In this document: positions 33,950 to 42,568 of the stretch, piece by piece | How the letters are laid out: each line of letters opens with the position of its first letter | Position numbering within the stretch: the stretch's first letter is position 1 | Source: an uncultured Actinomycetes bacterium | GTDB lineage: Bacteria; Actinomycetota; Acidimicrobiia; IMCC26256; PALSA-610 | Direction of reading: 5' to 3' | Assembly: GCA_963761175.1 (NCBI GenBank) | Contig: CAVXFZ010000010.1 | Span: 21,737 to 85,736, forward strand | Length of the DNA stretch: 64,000 nt | Made by a program: the position numbers and the translations under genes | Notes under the pieces: model-generated | Databases searched by the model: none | What the model saw: the letters and a program-made list of their open reading frames with translations, nothing else | What the model was told of the DNA's origin: nothing

Positions 33950-34674
33950 TCAGCCGGCGGGTGGCGTCGCCCCGGTGCCGACGACGTCGACAGCGACGTC
34001 GCGCAGCTTCACGTTGCGCCGCTGCGACTCGGTTCGCAGGATGGCGAACGCTTCGTCGGCCGTCACCCGTTCGTTCGCCATCACGATGCCCTTCGCCTGT
34101 CCGATCAGGTCGCGCGACTCGAGTGCGATCTGGAGATGCTCGACGGCCTCCCGCGCGGCATGTACAAGTGCATGTTCGTGACGGCCACGCCGGCTTGCGC
34201 GGCGAAGAGCAGCCCGGCTTCCGGCTCGACCTGTTCGAAGGAGCCGACCGTGCGCCCGTAAAGATTGAGCGCGCCGATGCCGGCATCACCCACGACGAGC
34301 GGGAGGGAGAAGCTCGATGCGATGCCGTTGCGCACGGCGACGGCGCGGAACTGTTCGAAGCCCGCCCCGTGGATCATCGACGGGATCGAGACAATGCGAC
34401 GCTCCCGGAGCGCGGTGAGGCACGGACCCGCGTCCCAATCGTATTGCGCCTGGTCGATGGCCTCCGCCGTGGACTCGGTCGACACGAGCGTGTACGGGTG
34501 CCCGCTCGCGACGAACGTGACACTCGCGCAGTCGCATTCGCCGATCGTCTGGCAGGCGAGCTCCACGACGCGCTTCAGTGTGCTCTCGAGCGTCTCGTCG
34601 GCGAAGAGCATGCTCGACAGTGCAACGATCCCGGCAACCGACGGGTCCGCGTCGCCATCGATCTCCTCGATCAT
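33950..34674 (-). pseudogene. GAF + ANTAR regulator with the ANTAR domain shifted out of frame (or assembly indel)
   Basis: The GAF part is track ORF 34105-34674 (TLKRVVELACQTIGECDCASVTFV...DAGPCLTAL...GIGALNLYG). My translation of another minus frame from about 34158 to TGA 33950 gives AAREAVEHLQIALESRDLIGQAKGIVMANERVTADEAFAILRTESQRRNVKLRDVAVDVV, a canonical ANTAR. The junction is at cacttgtacatgccgcgcggg (about 34156-34162). Confidence 0.8.
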
Positions 34675-34780
34675 GCATCCCTCCGTCGTCGGCCGCGCGC
34701 CTCACACGGACGCCGCGGCGGTGCTGGAGGGGGTTGTTCCCGCGCGATCTCGTGTTCAACCGCGACCGCGGCGCAACCCG

Positions 34781-35647
34781 TCAGACAAAGGACTCGTGAC
34801 CGATGTCGAGGCTGCGGTCGGACGGATCGACGGCCGTGAGGTCGACGACGGCGCGCGTTGCGGGGAACTCGCGCCGCACGCCCGCCGGAACGAGCAGCAC
34901 CGGCACCTGCGAGCGCGACAGCAGCGCACGGATCAGCTCCCCGTGCCCGGCGAAGCTCTGCGCCCACGACACCACGACGAGATCCGCGCCCGATTCGGCG
35001 GTGACGTCGAGCACGTGGTCGCCGGCGTCGCCGCTGCGCCACTCGAGGGTCGCCTCCCGGCCAGGAACGTGGCGGCGCAGGAACTCGTCACCCCAGATGA
35101 CGAGGTCCCGCCCGTTGTGGTTCAGGAGCGGCGGGGCCGTGCGCGGCCCGAACACGTGCACGACCACGAGCTCGGTCCCGGGTCCGGCGAGCGCGTCGAT
35201 CGCCTCGGCGACCGCGAGCGAGGTCGGTTCGGTTCCGTCGAGTGGCACGACGATCCGGCGGAACGGGCGCGGGCTCGGGCCGTAGGCCTCGGGCGGCACC
35301 GCGACGACGGGCTTGCTGGTCCGTTCGAGGACCGCCTTCGCCACGTGCCCCGCGGGCCGGGTGCCTCCCGCGGCCCGGCGGGCGCCGATCACGCCCATCA
35401 CGACCTCCGGCGCCGCGACCGCGTCGAGCAGGGAATCGACGATCGGGCCGGAGATGCGGCGCAGCACGAGGCCGGCCGCGTCCGTGGCCCGGGTGGCGCC
35501 GTCTGACTCGGCCGGGCCGCCCGGCTCCTCGCCGTCGACGTGGACGGCGTCGACGGTGGCCCCCAGCGACTCGGCAAGCCCACGCGCCGACTCGAGCACC
35601 GGCCGTGCGGTTCCACTGCAATCGAGTGCGGCAAGGATCGTCTTCAT
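34781..35647 (-). CDS. Tandem universal stress protein (two USP domains)
   Basis: The ORF is trimmed to ATG 35647, which is preceded by GGAGGG. The sequence runs MKTILAALDCSGTARPVLE...VVMGVIGARR...SKPVVAVPP, then a second unit RRIVVPLDGTEPS...DLVVVSW...SQVPVLLVP. Confidence 0.8.
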   Translation of the reverse strand: MKTILAALDCSGTARPVLESARGLAESLGATVDAVHVDGEEPGGPAESDGATRATDAAGLVLRRISGPIVDSLLDAVAAPEVVMGVIGARRAAGGTRPAGHVAKAVLERTSKPVVAVPPEAYGPSPRPFRRIVVPLDGTEPTSLAVAEAIDALAGPGTELVVVHVFGPRTAPPLLNHNGRDLVIWGDEFLRRHVPGREATLEWRSGDAGDHVLDVTAESGADLVVVSWAQSFAGHGELIRALLSRSQVPVLLVPAGVRREFPATRAVVDLTAVDPSDRSLDIGHESFV

Positions 35648-35828
35648 CGTCCCTCCTCGGCGCCGCGCGGGTCGCCCGGTCGCGCGGGCGCGTCCACCCT
35701 TCAACCATCCTCCATCACCGCGCCCGTCGGAAGGGCCAAATGACTCGACCCGCCCCCGCGCCAACCTGTGACCTCCCGCAGAAGGGCGTGGACTCAAGGA
35801 TTTCGACGGTTTTGTCGATCATCGGCAC

Positions 35829-36278
35829 ATGGGATCCGCCGCCGCAACCACGGTCACCAACAGGCGCGCGACGCGGGTCCTCTGCGCCGACGACGACCCG
35901 ATGATTCGCCGGGTCGTGACCATCACGCTGGAGGCCGACGGCTTCGACGTCTGCACCGTCGCCGACGGCGACGCGGCGTACGCCGAGGCGATCCGCTCCC
36001 GACCCGACGTCGTCGTGCTCGACATCATGATGCCGGGCCGCGACGGCTATGACGTGCTGCGCGCGCTGCGCCTGCACCCCGCGACCGCCGACGTCCCCGT
36101 CGTGCTCCTGAGCGCGAAGGCGACCGACGCCGAAGTGTGGGAGGGCTGGAAGGCGGGTGCCGACTACTACATCACGAAGCCGTTCAACCCGACCGAGCTC
36201 ACCGACTTCCTCGGCTACCTGATGACACAGGACTCCGAGCCCGTCGCACCGGTCATCCCACTGCGGGCGCAGACATGA
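35829..36278 (+). CDS. Stand-alone response-regulator receiver domain protein (CheY-like, no output domain)
   Basis: 149 aa with RVLCADDDPMIRRVV, VVVLDIMMPGRDG, VVLLSAKA and ADYYITKPF. No SD is evident before ATG 35829. The stop overlaps the next gene's start (ATGA). Confidence 0.85.
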   Translation: MGSAAATTVTNRRATRVLCADDDPMIRRVVTITLEADGFDVCTVADGDAAYAEAIRSRPDVVVLDIMMPGRDGYDVLRALRLHPATADVPVVLLSAKATDAEVWEGWKAGADYYITKPFNPTELTDFLGYLMTQDSEPVAPVIPLRAQT

Positions 36279-37972
36279 ACGCCGGGCTCGGCACCCGGCA
36301 GCTCCCGCGTCCGTGGCGCGCCTCGTCCGCGACCGCGGCCGCGCTCGTCACCACCATGGTCTTCGCGGGGGCAGCCTCCGGGACGGTGCGCACCGCGCGC
36401 GATCGCGCGGTCATCGTCCAGGCGGCGACGACCTCGGCAGCCCGGACCGCCGTCGCGGTGGTCGACGGTCGAGTCGACGCGACCCTCGGGCTCGTCGAGG
36501 GCGTCGCGGCACACGTGGACGACGTCGGACTGGCCGCCCTCGCGCACGAGCGCGACGTCCTCGTCACCCCCGACGTGTCGGTGCACGCGACGAGCGCGAG
36601 CTTCAAGGCCGCGAGCGCGACGTCCGGCACCGACGCGCAGCTCGCGGCGATGCAACCGGAATCCGACTGGTCGCTCACGTCGGGTGCCGGCGTGGCCGTC
36701 GCGTTGATCGACACCGGCGTCAACGCGACGTCCGATCTCCAAGGCGCCCGGCTCGTGCACGGCCCCGACTTCTCCGGTGAGGGCGACGGCGTCGACCGGT
36801 ACGGCCACGGAACCTTCATGGCCGGCCTCATCGCGGGCGACGGCACCGCGAGCGCGGCGGGCCCGGTGCGCCACACCGGGGTCGCACCCGGTGCGACCGT
36901 GGTCGCGGTGAAGGTCGCCGGAGCCGACGGATCGACCTCGTTGTCGACTCTGATCCAGGCGATCGGCTGGGTCGTCGTGAACGAGGAGCCGCTCGGCATT
37001 CGCGTCGTGAACCTCTCGCTCGGGACCGACGCGCCGATGCCGTACTTCTTCAACCCGCTCTCCGCGGCACTCGAGGCGGCGTGGGCGTCGGGCCTCACCG
37101 TCGTGACGTCGGCGGGCAACGAGGGCAGCCGATCGGTCACCTCTCCCGGTGACGACCCCTGGCTCGTCACCGTCGGCGCCAGCGACACCCAGGCAACCGC
37201 GACGACGCGCGACGACACGATGGCCTCGTTCTCGGGGATCGAGCGCTTCGGGCGCTACGAGAAGCCCGACGTCCTCGCACCCGGCGTGTCGGTCGTGTCG
37301 CTGCGCGACCCGGGATCCACCGTCGATGTCGCGAACCCGAGCGCTCGTATCGGCGACACGTACTTCACGGGCAGCGGCACGTCGATGTCGACGGCGCTCG
37401 TTTCCGGCGCCGCGGCCGTTCTGCTCGAGCAGCACCCGGGGGCGACGCCCGACGACGTCAAGGGCGCGCTCGTCGACGGCGCGACCGATCTGGCCCGCGT
37501 GCGTCCCGACGAGGTGAGCCTCACCGGCGCCGACCACGCGACCCCGAGGGCGAGCTGGTGGCAGCACTACCCGAGCGCGCTGTGGATGCTGGGCCTCGAC
37601 GATCACGACGGCATGCCGTGGACGGCATCCCGCTGGACCGCTTCGCGCTGGACGGCATCGCGCTGGACCGCATCCCGCTGGACGGCATCGCGCTGGACGG
37701 CAAGTCGCTGGACGGCATCGCGCTGGACGGCATCGCGCTGGACCGCATCGCGCTGGACCGACACGGCGTGGGCCGCGAGCCGATGGACCGCGTCACGCTG
37801 GACGGAAGCCGACTGGACCGCGTCGCGCTGGACGGCGTCGCGCTGGACCGCATCCCGCTGGACCGCATCCCGCTGGACCGCATCCCGCTGGACCGCAAGT
37901 CGCTGGACCGCAAGTCGCTGGACCGCGAGCCGATGGACGGACGACTCGTGGAACGCAGTGGCCTGGAGCTGA
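36275..37972 (+). CDS. Secreted S8 subtilisin-like serine protease with I9-like propeptide and a C-terminal 117-aa Trp-periodic (WTASR)n tail
   Basis: The start is ATG 36275, with a signal-like PRPWRASSATAAALVTTMVFAGAASG. The catalytic triad contexts are VALIDTGV (Asp), HGTFMAGLIAG (His) and GTSMSTALVSGAAA (Ser). The tail is WTASR x9, WTDTA, WAASR, WTASR, WTEAD, WTASR x8, WTDDS, WNAVA, WS. Confidence 0.85.
   Translation: MNAGLGTRQLPRPWRASSATAAALVTTMVFAGAASGTVRTARDRAVIVQAATTSAARTAVAVVDGRVDATLGLVEGVAAHVDDVGLAALAHERDVLVTPDVSVHATSASFKAASATSGTDAQLAAMQPESDWSLTSGAGVAVALIDTGVNATSDLQGARLVHGPDFSGEGDGVDRYGHGTFMAGLIAGDGTASAAGPVRHTGVAPGATVVAVKVAGADGSTSLSTLIQAIGWVVVNEEPLGIRVVNLSLGTDAPMPYFFNPLSAALEAAWASGLTVVTSAGNEGSRSVTSPGDDPWLVTVGASDTQATATTRDDTMASFSGIERFGRYEKPDVLAPGVSVVSLRDPGSTVDVANPSARIGDTYFTGSGTSMSTALVSGAAAVLLEQHPGATPDDVKGALVDGATDLARVRPDEVSLTGADHATPRASWWQHYPSALWMLGLDDHDGMPWTASRWTASRWTASRWTASRWTASRWTASRWTASRWTASRWTASRWTDTAWAASRWTASRWTEADWTASRWTASRWTASRWTASRWTASRWTASRWTASRWTASRWTDDSWNAVAWS
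37619..37969 (+). repeat. 23.4 tandem 15-bp units encoding pentapeptides W-T-A-S-R (18 perfect at protein level)
   Basis: TGG recurs every 15 nt from 37619 to 37964. Units differ at synonymous positions: Ser is tcc/tcg/tca/agt/agc, Thr is acg/acc, Ala is gca/gct/gcg, Arg is cgc/cga. Confidence 0.95.
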
Positions 37973-39981
37973 ACGAGGCCGCCGATCCTCCGAGCGCCGA
38001 CCGGTCGGTCGGCGCTCGTGTCGCGCTCCTGATCGCATTCCAGATCGCCCTCGCGGGTGGCTTCGGATATCTCGCGCACCGCGCCGGGCAGCCGATCGGG
38101 CGGCCGGCGATGATCCTCGCGTTCGCGGGCGCGTTCTCGGCCGCGGGCGCGTTCAACATGCGCCTCGAGTTCCGCCGACACCAGTTCACGTTCACGCTGT
38201 CGGAGGCGGTGCTCACCGCGTCGTTCTTCGCCCTCGGCCCGCTCGGCGTCGCGACGGCCGCGGCCGTCGGTGAGGGCATCTCCCTCGGCGTCCAGCGCGT
38301 CGCGCCGCTCAAGACCGTCTACAACGTGGGGAACCGGCTCGCGTCGGCGACGGTCGCGGCCGTCGCGTTCCAGACGTTCGGGCGCACGAGCCCCGACGAC
38401 GCGGGCGCGTGGGCAGCGGCGATCGGTGCCGCGCTGCTCTTCGGCTTCATCGACACGATCTTCACGTCCGCGGTGGTCGCGACCGTCGAGCGGTCCGCGT
38501 TCGACGACGTCCTGGTGAGCTCCGCGTCGACGGCCGCGCTCACCACGGTCGCCGGTTCGCCACTCGGGGTCATTGCGCTCGGCTTGTCGCAGCACGGGAT
38601 GTTCGTGCCGCTGTTGCTCGTACCGCTCGTCGGCGCGGTGATGCTGAACTCCCGGCACGCCGCCGCACAGCGCGACGAGCATCTTCGCTTCGAACGGCTG
38701 CACGAAGCGTCGTCGCGAACCGCGCACCTCGTCGACCTCGACGCCGCCCTCCGCCTCCTCGCGACCGAGGCGAACGGCCTCGCGACCGGCCTCGGCGCGA
38801 TCTGCTGCACCATCGGCACCAATGGTCAGTGGCTCGGCATCACCGTCGACGACACTGGCGTCCGCGAGACGCCGCCCGAGGTCGTCGGAGAGGTGCTCGC
38901 GCTCGTCAGCATCGGCGACGCGCGCGAGATCGACGTCGACGCGTCGACCCGTGCCCTCACCGCGACGATCCCGTCGGCGGCCAGCGTCGTCGTCGCGGGA
39001 ACTCCATCAGTGCAGGCGGGTCCGATCGCGCTGGCGGTGCTGCGCGAAGGCCGACCCGACGTCGGGGCGTCGACGCGCGCGCAGACCCTGTCCGCATTCG
39101 CCAACCATGCGTCGCTCACGGTCGCGAACGCGTTGCTGTACGCGGAGCTGCAGTCGGCCCTTGCCCGCCAGATCGACCTGAACCGGCAGAAGGGCGACTT
39201 CGTCGCCGCCGTCTCCCACGAGCTACGGACCCCTCTCGCGGTGATGGTCGCCGCGACCCACACCCTGCGCGAGCTGTCGGATCGCATTCCCGAAGATCAA
39301 CGGATCGAACTGCTCGACGGCTCGATCGAGCAGGGCGCACGCCTGCAAAGGCTCATCGACGAACTGCTGGTCGTCGCCGCGGCTGAACACCACCGGCCCG
39401 AGGTCGTGCCGTCGGACACCGAGGTCGAGATCACCCCGCTCGTCGTCGAGCTCGACCAGGAGATGCGCGCGACGACGGGAGGCCGGCTGCAGGTGCGCGT
39501 CGACCCGTCGGCCACGTGCGTGTTCGCCGACGCGGCCCGGCTGCGCCAGATCCTGGTGAACCTCCTCGACAACGCGTCGAAGTACGCACCCACCGGTTCG
39601 ATCGAGTTGAACGTCGACGCCGTCGGCGACGCGATCGCGTTCGCCGTGATCGACCACGGTCCCGGGATCCCGACCGACGAAGCCGAGCGCGTGTTCGAAC
39701 AGTTCGTGCAACTCGACCAGTCGTCGACGCGCCGCCAGGGCGGCACCGGCCTCGGGCTCTACCTCTGCCGCCAGCTCGCGGGCATGCTCCGAGGCACGTT
39801 GCGTCTCGACCGCACGCCCGGCGGCGGCGCGACCTTCACGCTGACGGTGCCCACCCGGCGCCGACAACCGGAATCCGGCGAACACGACGCGACCGACAGG
39901 CCGTCACCGCGGTTCGCGGGCATCCGGGCCCGGCCCGCGGAGTTCGGTACGCGGGACCGCATCCCACCGATCGCATCCTGA
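37948..39981 (+). CDS. Sensor histidine kinase with ~330-aa polytopic membrane N-terminus and GAF-like linker
   Basis: This is the 3' part of track ORF 37558-39981. In-frame starts ATG 37933 and GTG 37948 overlap the protease 3' end. Hydrophobic helices (ALLIAFQIALAGGFGYL, MILAFAGAFSAAGAF, ...) are followed by the H-box AAVSHELRTPL, the N-box ILVNLLDNASKYAP, the G1 box VIDHGPGIP and the G2 box GGTGLGLYLCRQL. Confidence 0.8.
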   Translation: MERSGLELNEAADPPSADRSVGARVALLIAFQIALAGGFGYLAHRAGQPIGRPAMILAFAGAFSAAGAFNMRLEFRRHQFTFTLSEAVLTASFFALGPLGVATAAAVGEGISLGVQRVAPLKTVYNVGNRLASATVAAVAFQTFGRTSPDDAGAWAAAIGAALLFGFIDTIFTSAVVATVERSAFDDVLVSSASTAALTTVAGSPLGVIALGLSQHGMFVPLLLVPLVGAVMLNSRHAAAQRDEHLRFERLHEASSRTAHLVDLDAALRLLATEANGLATGLGAICCTIGTNGQWLGITVDDTGVRETPPEVVGEVLALVSIGDAREIDVDASTRALTATIPSAASVVVAGTPSVQAGPIALAVLREGRPDVGASTRAQTLSAFANHASLTVANALLYAELQSALARQIDLNRQKGDFVAAVSHELRTPLAVMVAATHTLRELSDRIPEDQRIELLDGSIEQGARLQRLIDELLVVAAAEHHRPEVVPSDTEVEITPLVVELDQEMRATTGGRLQVRVDPSATCVFADAARLRQILVNLLDNASKYAPTGSIELNVDAVGDAIAFAVIDHGPGIPTDEAERVFEQFVQLDQSSTRRQGGTGLGLYLCRQLAGMLRGTLRLDRTPGGGATFTLTVPTRRRQPESGEHDATDRPSPRFAGIRARPAEFGTRDRIPPIAS

Positions 39982-39996
39982 ACACGCCCGTCCGGT

Positions 39997-40185
39997 TCAG
40001 GACGCGCGCGGGACGGCCCGGGAAACGACCCGACGGAAGAGCGCGACCACGCCCATCCGGTGCGGAGCCATCGAGATGAGCTCCCAACCCTGCTCGGCGA
40101 GGTCGCGGACGCGATTGCGGTAGTGAGACTGCTCGTCGCCCTCGAAGTGGCGATCGTGGAACAGCTCCGTCCGGACGTCTTCCAT
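39997..40185 (-). CDS. Small hypothetical protein (possibly DUF4177-like)
   Basis: 62-aa ORF with non-junk composition. The segment LAEQGWELISMAPHRMGVVALFRR resembles the GWELVSV...FKR core of DUF4177 from memory. The SD is weak. Confidence 0.35.
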   Translation of the reverse strand: MEDVRTELFHDRHFEGDEQSHYRNRVRDLAEQGWELISMAPHRMGVVALFRRVVSRAVPRAS

Positions 40186-40287
40186 CGTCGACCACGTTAC
40201 GCGTCGAGCCCTCGCTGGGCAGCGATGGAGCGGTCACGGCCGGAGGCCCCATCCGGAGGCCGATGGCCCCGAGCTACCGTGCCCGGC

Positions 40288-41623
40288 GTGAGCGAAGTCA
40301 CCGCAACGGTCTCCGCCACCACGGCCGGGCCCCTCGGCCCCGTGTCGATCCCGGTCTCCCGGTACACCTCACCGGAGTTCGCCCGGCGCGAGAACGACCG
40401 GCTGTGGCCCCGTGTGTGGCAGCTCGCGTGCACCCTCGACCACGTGGCCCGGCCCGGCGACTGGTACGAGTACCGCGCGGGCGGGTTCTCGATCGTCGTG
40501 GTGCGCGGCGACGACGGTGAGCTGCGGGCGTTCCAGAACGCGTGCCGCCATCGTGGCAGCGCGCTGTGCGAGGGCGCGGGCTCCGACCTGGCCGAGATCC
40601 GCTGCCCGTTCCACCGCTGGACGTGGGACCTACGGGGCCGGCTGCGCGAGGTGCCGTCACGGCGCGAGTTCGGCGTGCTCAACGACGATCTCCCGCTCAT
40701 CGCGGCGAGTGTCGGAGTGTGGGGTCCGCTCGTGTTCGTGAACTTCGATCCGCACGCGGCGCCCCTCGCCGAGTTCCTCGACCCGGTGCCGGCCGACTGC
40801 GCGTGGGCCGACCTCGATTCGTTCCACTGCGTCGCGATGGTGTCGATCCCCGCGCGCTGCAACTGGAAGACACTGATCGACGGCTTCAGCGAGACGTATC
40901 ACGTGCAGGGCATCCATCGCGAGATGCTGCCGATGTGCGACGACGTCAACGGGCCGCAGGAGGTGTGGGCGCGTCACGGCAAGCTCGAGCAGCCGTACGG
41001 CCTGCCGTCGCCCCGGCTGCGCGAGCGCCCCGACGACCAGCAGGTGTGGGACCACTTCGTGCAGATCATGGGCAACCGCGTCGGCCGCGACCTCGACGCC
41101 GACGCGGGCCCGGCACCCGCCGTCGGCCCCGGCCGCACGATGCGCGACGAGATCGCCGACATCATTCGCGCCCGAGCGCGCGAGCGCGGTCTCGACTACT
41201 CGCACTTCACGCTCGACCAGACCCTGAACATGTCGCAGTACAACCTCTTCCCGAACGTCACCGTGCTCGTGTTCTCCGACATGCTCAACGTCGTGCGCGC
41301 GCGCGCCCGGCGCAACGCACCTCGACGCGTACATGGACGCCTACACCTTCGAGCGGCGCCCGCCGTCGGAATCGCCGCGCACTCGGCCGTTCGAGATGGA
41401 GCTCGACCCGGCCCAGGATCTCCCGCTCGGCATCGTGCTCAACCAGGACCTCGCGAACTTCGCCCGCAGCCAGCGCGGCATGCACCAACCCGGCCTCACC
41501 CACCTCACGGTCTCGCCGACCGAGGAGTGCCGGATCGTCAACCTGCACCGCAACCTCGAGGACTACCTCGGGATCTCCCCCACGGAGCTGCGCGGGCTCC
41601 GCGTGGAGGCGCGACCGACATGA
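40288..41623 (+). pseudogene. Rieske [2Fe-2S] aromatic-ring-hydroxylating oxygenase alpha subunit, frame broken in a (GC)n tract (or assembly indel)
   Basis: The frame-1 part carries the Rieske motif CRHRGSALC...CPFHRWTW and the catalytic region FSETYHVQGIHREM. The C-terminal 96 aa (MDAYTFERRP...LGIVLNQDLANFARSQRGM...EECRIVNLHRNLEDYL) are in frame 2 (track ORF 41333-41623). The switch is in gtgcgcgcgcgcgcccgg at about 41293-41306. The start is GTG 40288 or ATG 40225. Confidence 0.75.
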
Positions 41624-42504
41624 CCAAGATCTCCGAATTGTGGCGCTACCCGGTGAAGTCGATGCAGGGCGAGCGGATCGAGACGGCCGCCGTCACCGAG
41701 ACCGGGCTCGCCGGCGACCGCGCGTACGCGGTCATCGACGTCGCCACGGGGAAGGTCGGCAGCGCCAAGCACCCCCGGCTCTGGGGCGCGCTCCTCGAAT
41801 GCCGCGCCCGGTTCGTCGCGCCGCCCTCGCCCGACACGCCGCGGCCCGCCGTCGCGATCACGCTCCCCGACGGCTCCGAAACGGGCAGCGACGACCCCGA
41901 CGTCGACGCGCGTCTGTCCGCGCTGTTCGCCCGTCCCGTGCAGCTGACGACCGTCGCGCCCGCGGGGAACGCCTACCTCGGCGTGTGGCCCGAGATCGAC
42001 GGGGTGATGCCCGACGACTACCGGCAGCTGATCGCGGTCGAGGGCGACGAGGCGGAGGGCACGCTCACCGAGCTCGGGCTCGCGATGGCCGCGCCGGCCG
42101 GCACCTTCTTCGACGTCAGCGCGCTGCACGTCGTCACCACCGCGACCCTGCGGGGGCTCACGGCGTTGCAACCGGCGAGTCGGTTCGCGGTCGAGCGCTA
42201 TCGGCCCAACGTCGTGATCGACGGGTTCGACGAGCCGTTCGTCGAGAACGGCTGGACCGGCACCGACGTGCGCCTCGGCGCAACGGTCACCGCCACGGTG
42301 CTGCTGCCGACGATGCGCTGCATCATGACGACGCTGCCGCAGGGCGATCTCCCGCGCGACAACGCCGTCCTGCGCACGGTCGCGCAACACAACCGCATCG
42401 AGATCCCCGGCCTCGGTACCTGGTCGTGCGTCGGTGCCTACGCCGCCGTCACCGCGTCGGGACCGATCGCGCTCGGCGACCCCGTCACCCTCCCCACCCC
42501 GTGA
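41620..42504 (+). CDS. MOSC domain-containing protein (MOSC_N beta-barrel + MOSC)
   Basis: ATG 41620 overlaps the oxygenase stop (ATGA). The sequence MTKISELWRYPVKSMQGERIETAAVTETGLAGDRAYAVID and RYRPNVVIDG...LLPTMRCIMTTL is typical of the family. Confidence 0.8.
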   Translation: MTKISELWRYPVKSMQGERIETAAVTETGLAGDRAYAVIDVATGKVGSAKHPRLWGALLECRARFVAPPSPDTPRPAVAITLPDGSETGSDDPDVDARLSALFARPVQLTTVAPAGNAYLGVWPEIDGVMPDDYRQLIAVEGDEAEGTLTELGLAMAAPAGTFFDVSALHVVTTATLRGLTALQPASRFAVERYRPNVVIDGFDEPFVENGWTGTDVRLGATVTATVLLPTMRCIMTTLPQGDLPRDNAVLRTVAQHNRIEIPGLGTWSCVGAYAAVTASGPIALGDPVTLPTP

Positions 42505-42509
42505 CGGGT

Positions 42510-42549
42510 GGTACTGCGTTCGTTACACATGTGCAACAAATGCAGTACC
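42510..42549. terminator. AT-richer hairpin between convergent genes (bidirectional terminator candidate)
   Basis: GGTACTGC (42510-42517) pairs with GCAGTACC (42542-42549). Further inner pairing surrounds the palindrome CACATGTG. This is locally the most AT-rich spot of the region. Confidence 0.4.
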
Positions 42550-42568
42550 ACGGCGAGGGTGGCGGGCG

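Noticed and set aside
37558-37947. N-terminal 130 aa of the 807-aa kinase ORF, reading LDGIA/LDRIP repeats (leucine-rich-repeat-like)
   Set aside because: This is the +2 frame of the WTASR repeat array. Synonymous-site variation fits the protease frame, not this one. The kinase most plausibly starts at ATG 37933 or GTG 37948.
37619-37969. Regular short repeats that could be mistaken for a CRISPR array
   Set aside because: The units are 15 bp and directly abutting with no spacers. They lie inside a coding region and no cas genes are present.
37521-38727. Minus-strand ORFs with SSAMR / AVQRD repeats across the same array
   Set aside because: These are antisense readings of the 15-bp repeat with Arg/Ser-rich junk composition outside it. 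They lack start context and are overlapped by well-supported plus-strand genes.
41310-41619. Middle section of the 814-aa ORF 40060-42504 (RRNAPRRVHGRLHLRAAP...)
   Set aside because: This is out-of-frame read-through linking the Rieske N-part to the MOSC gene, which share a frame. The real oxygenase C-terminus is in ORF 41333-41623.
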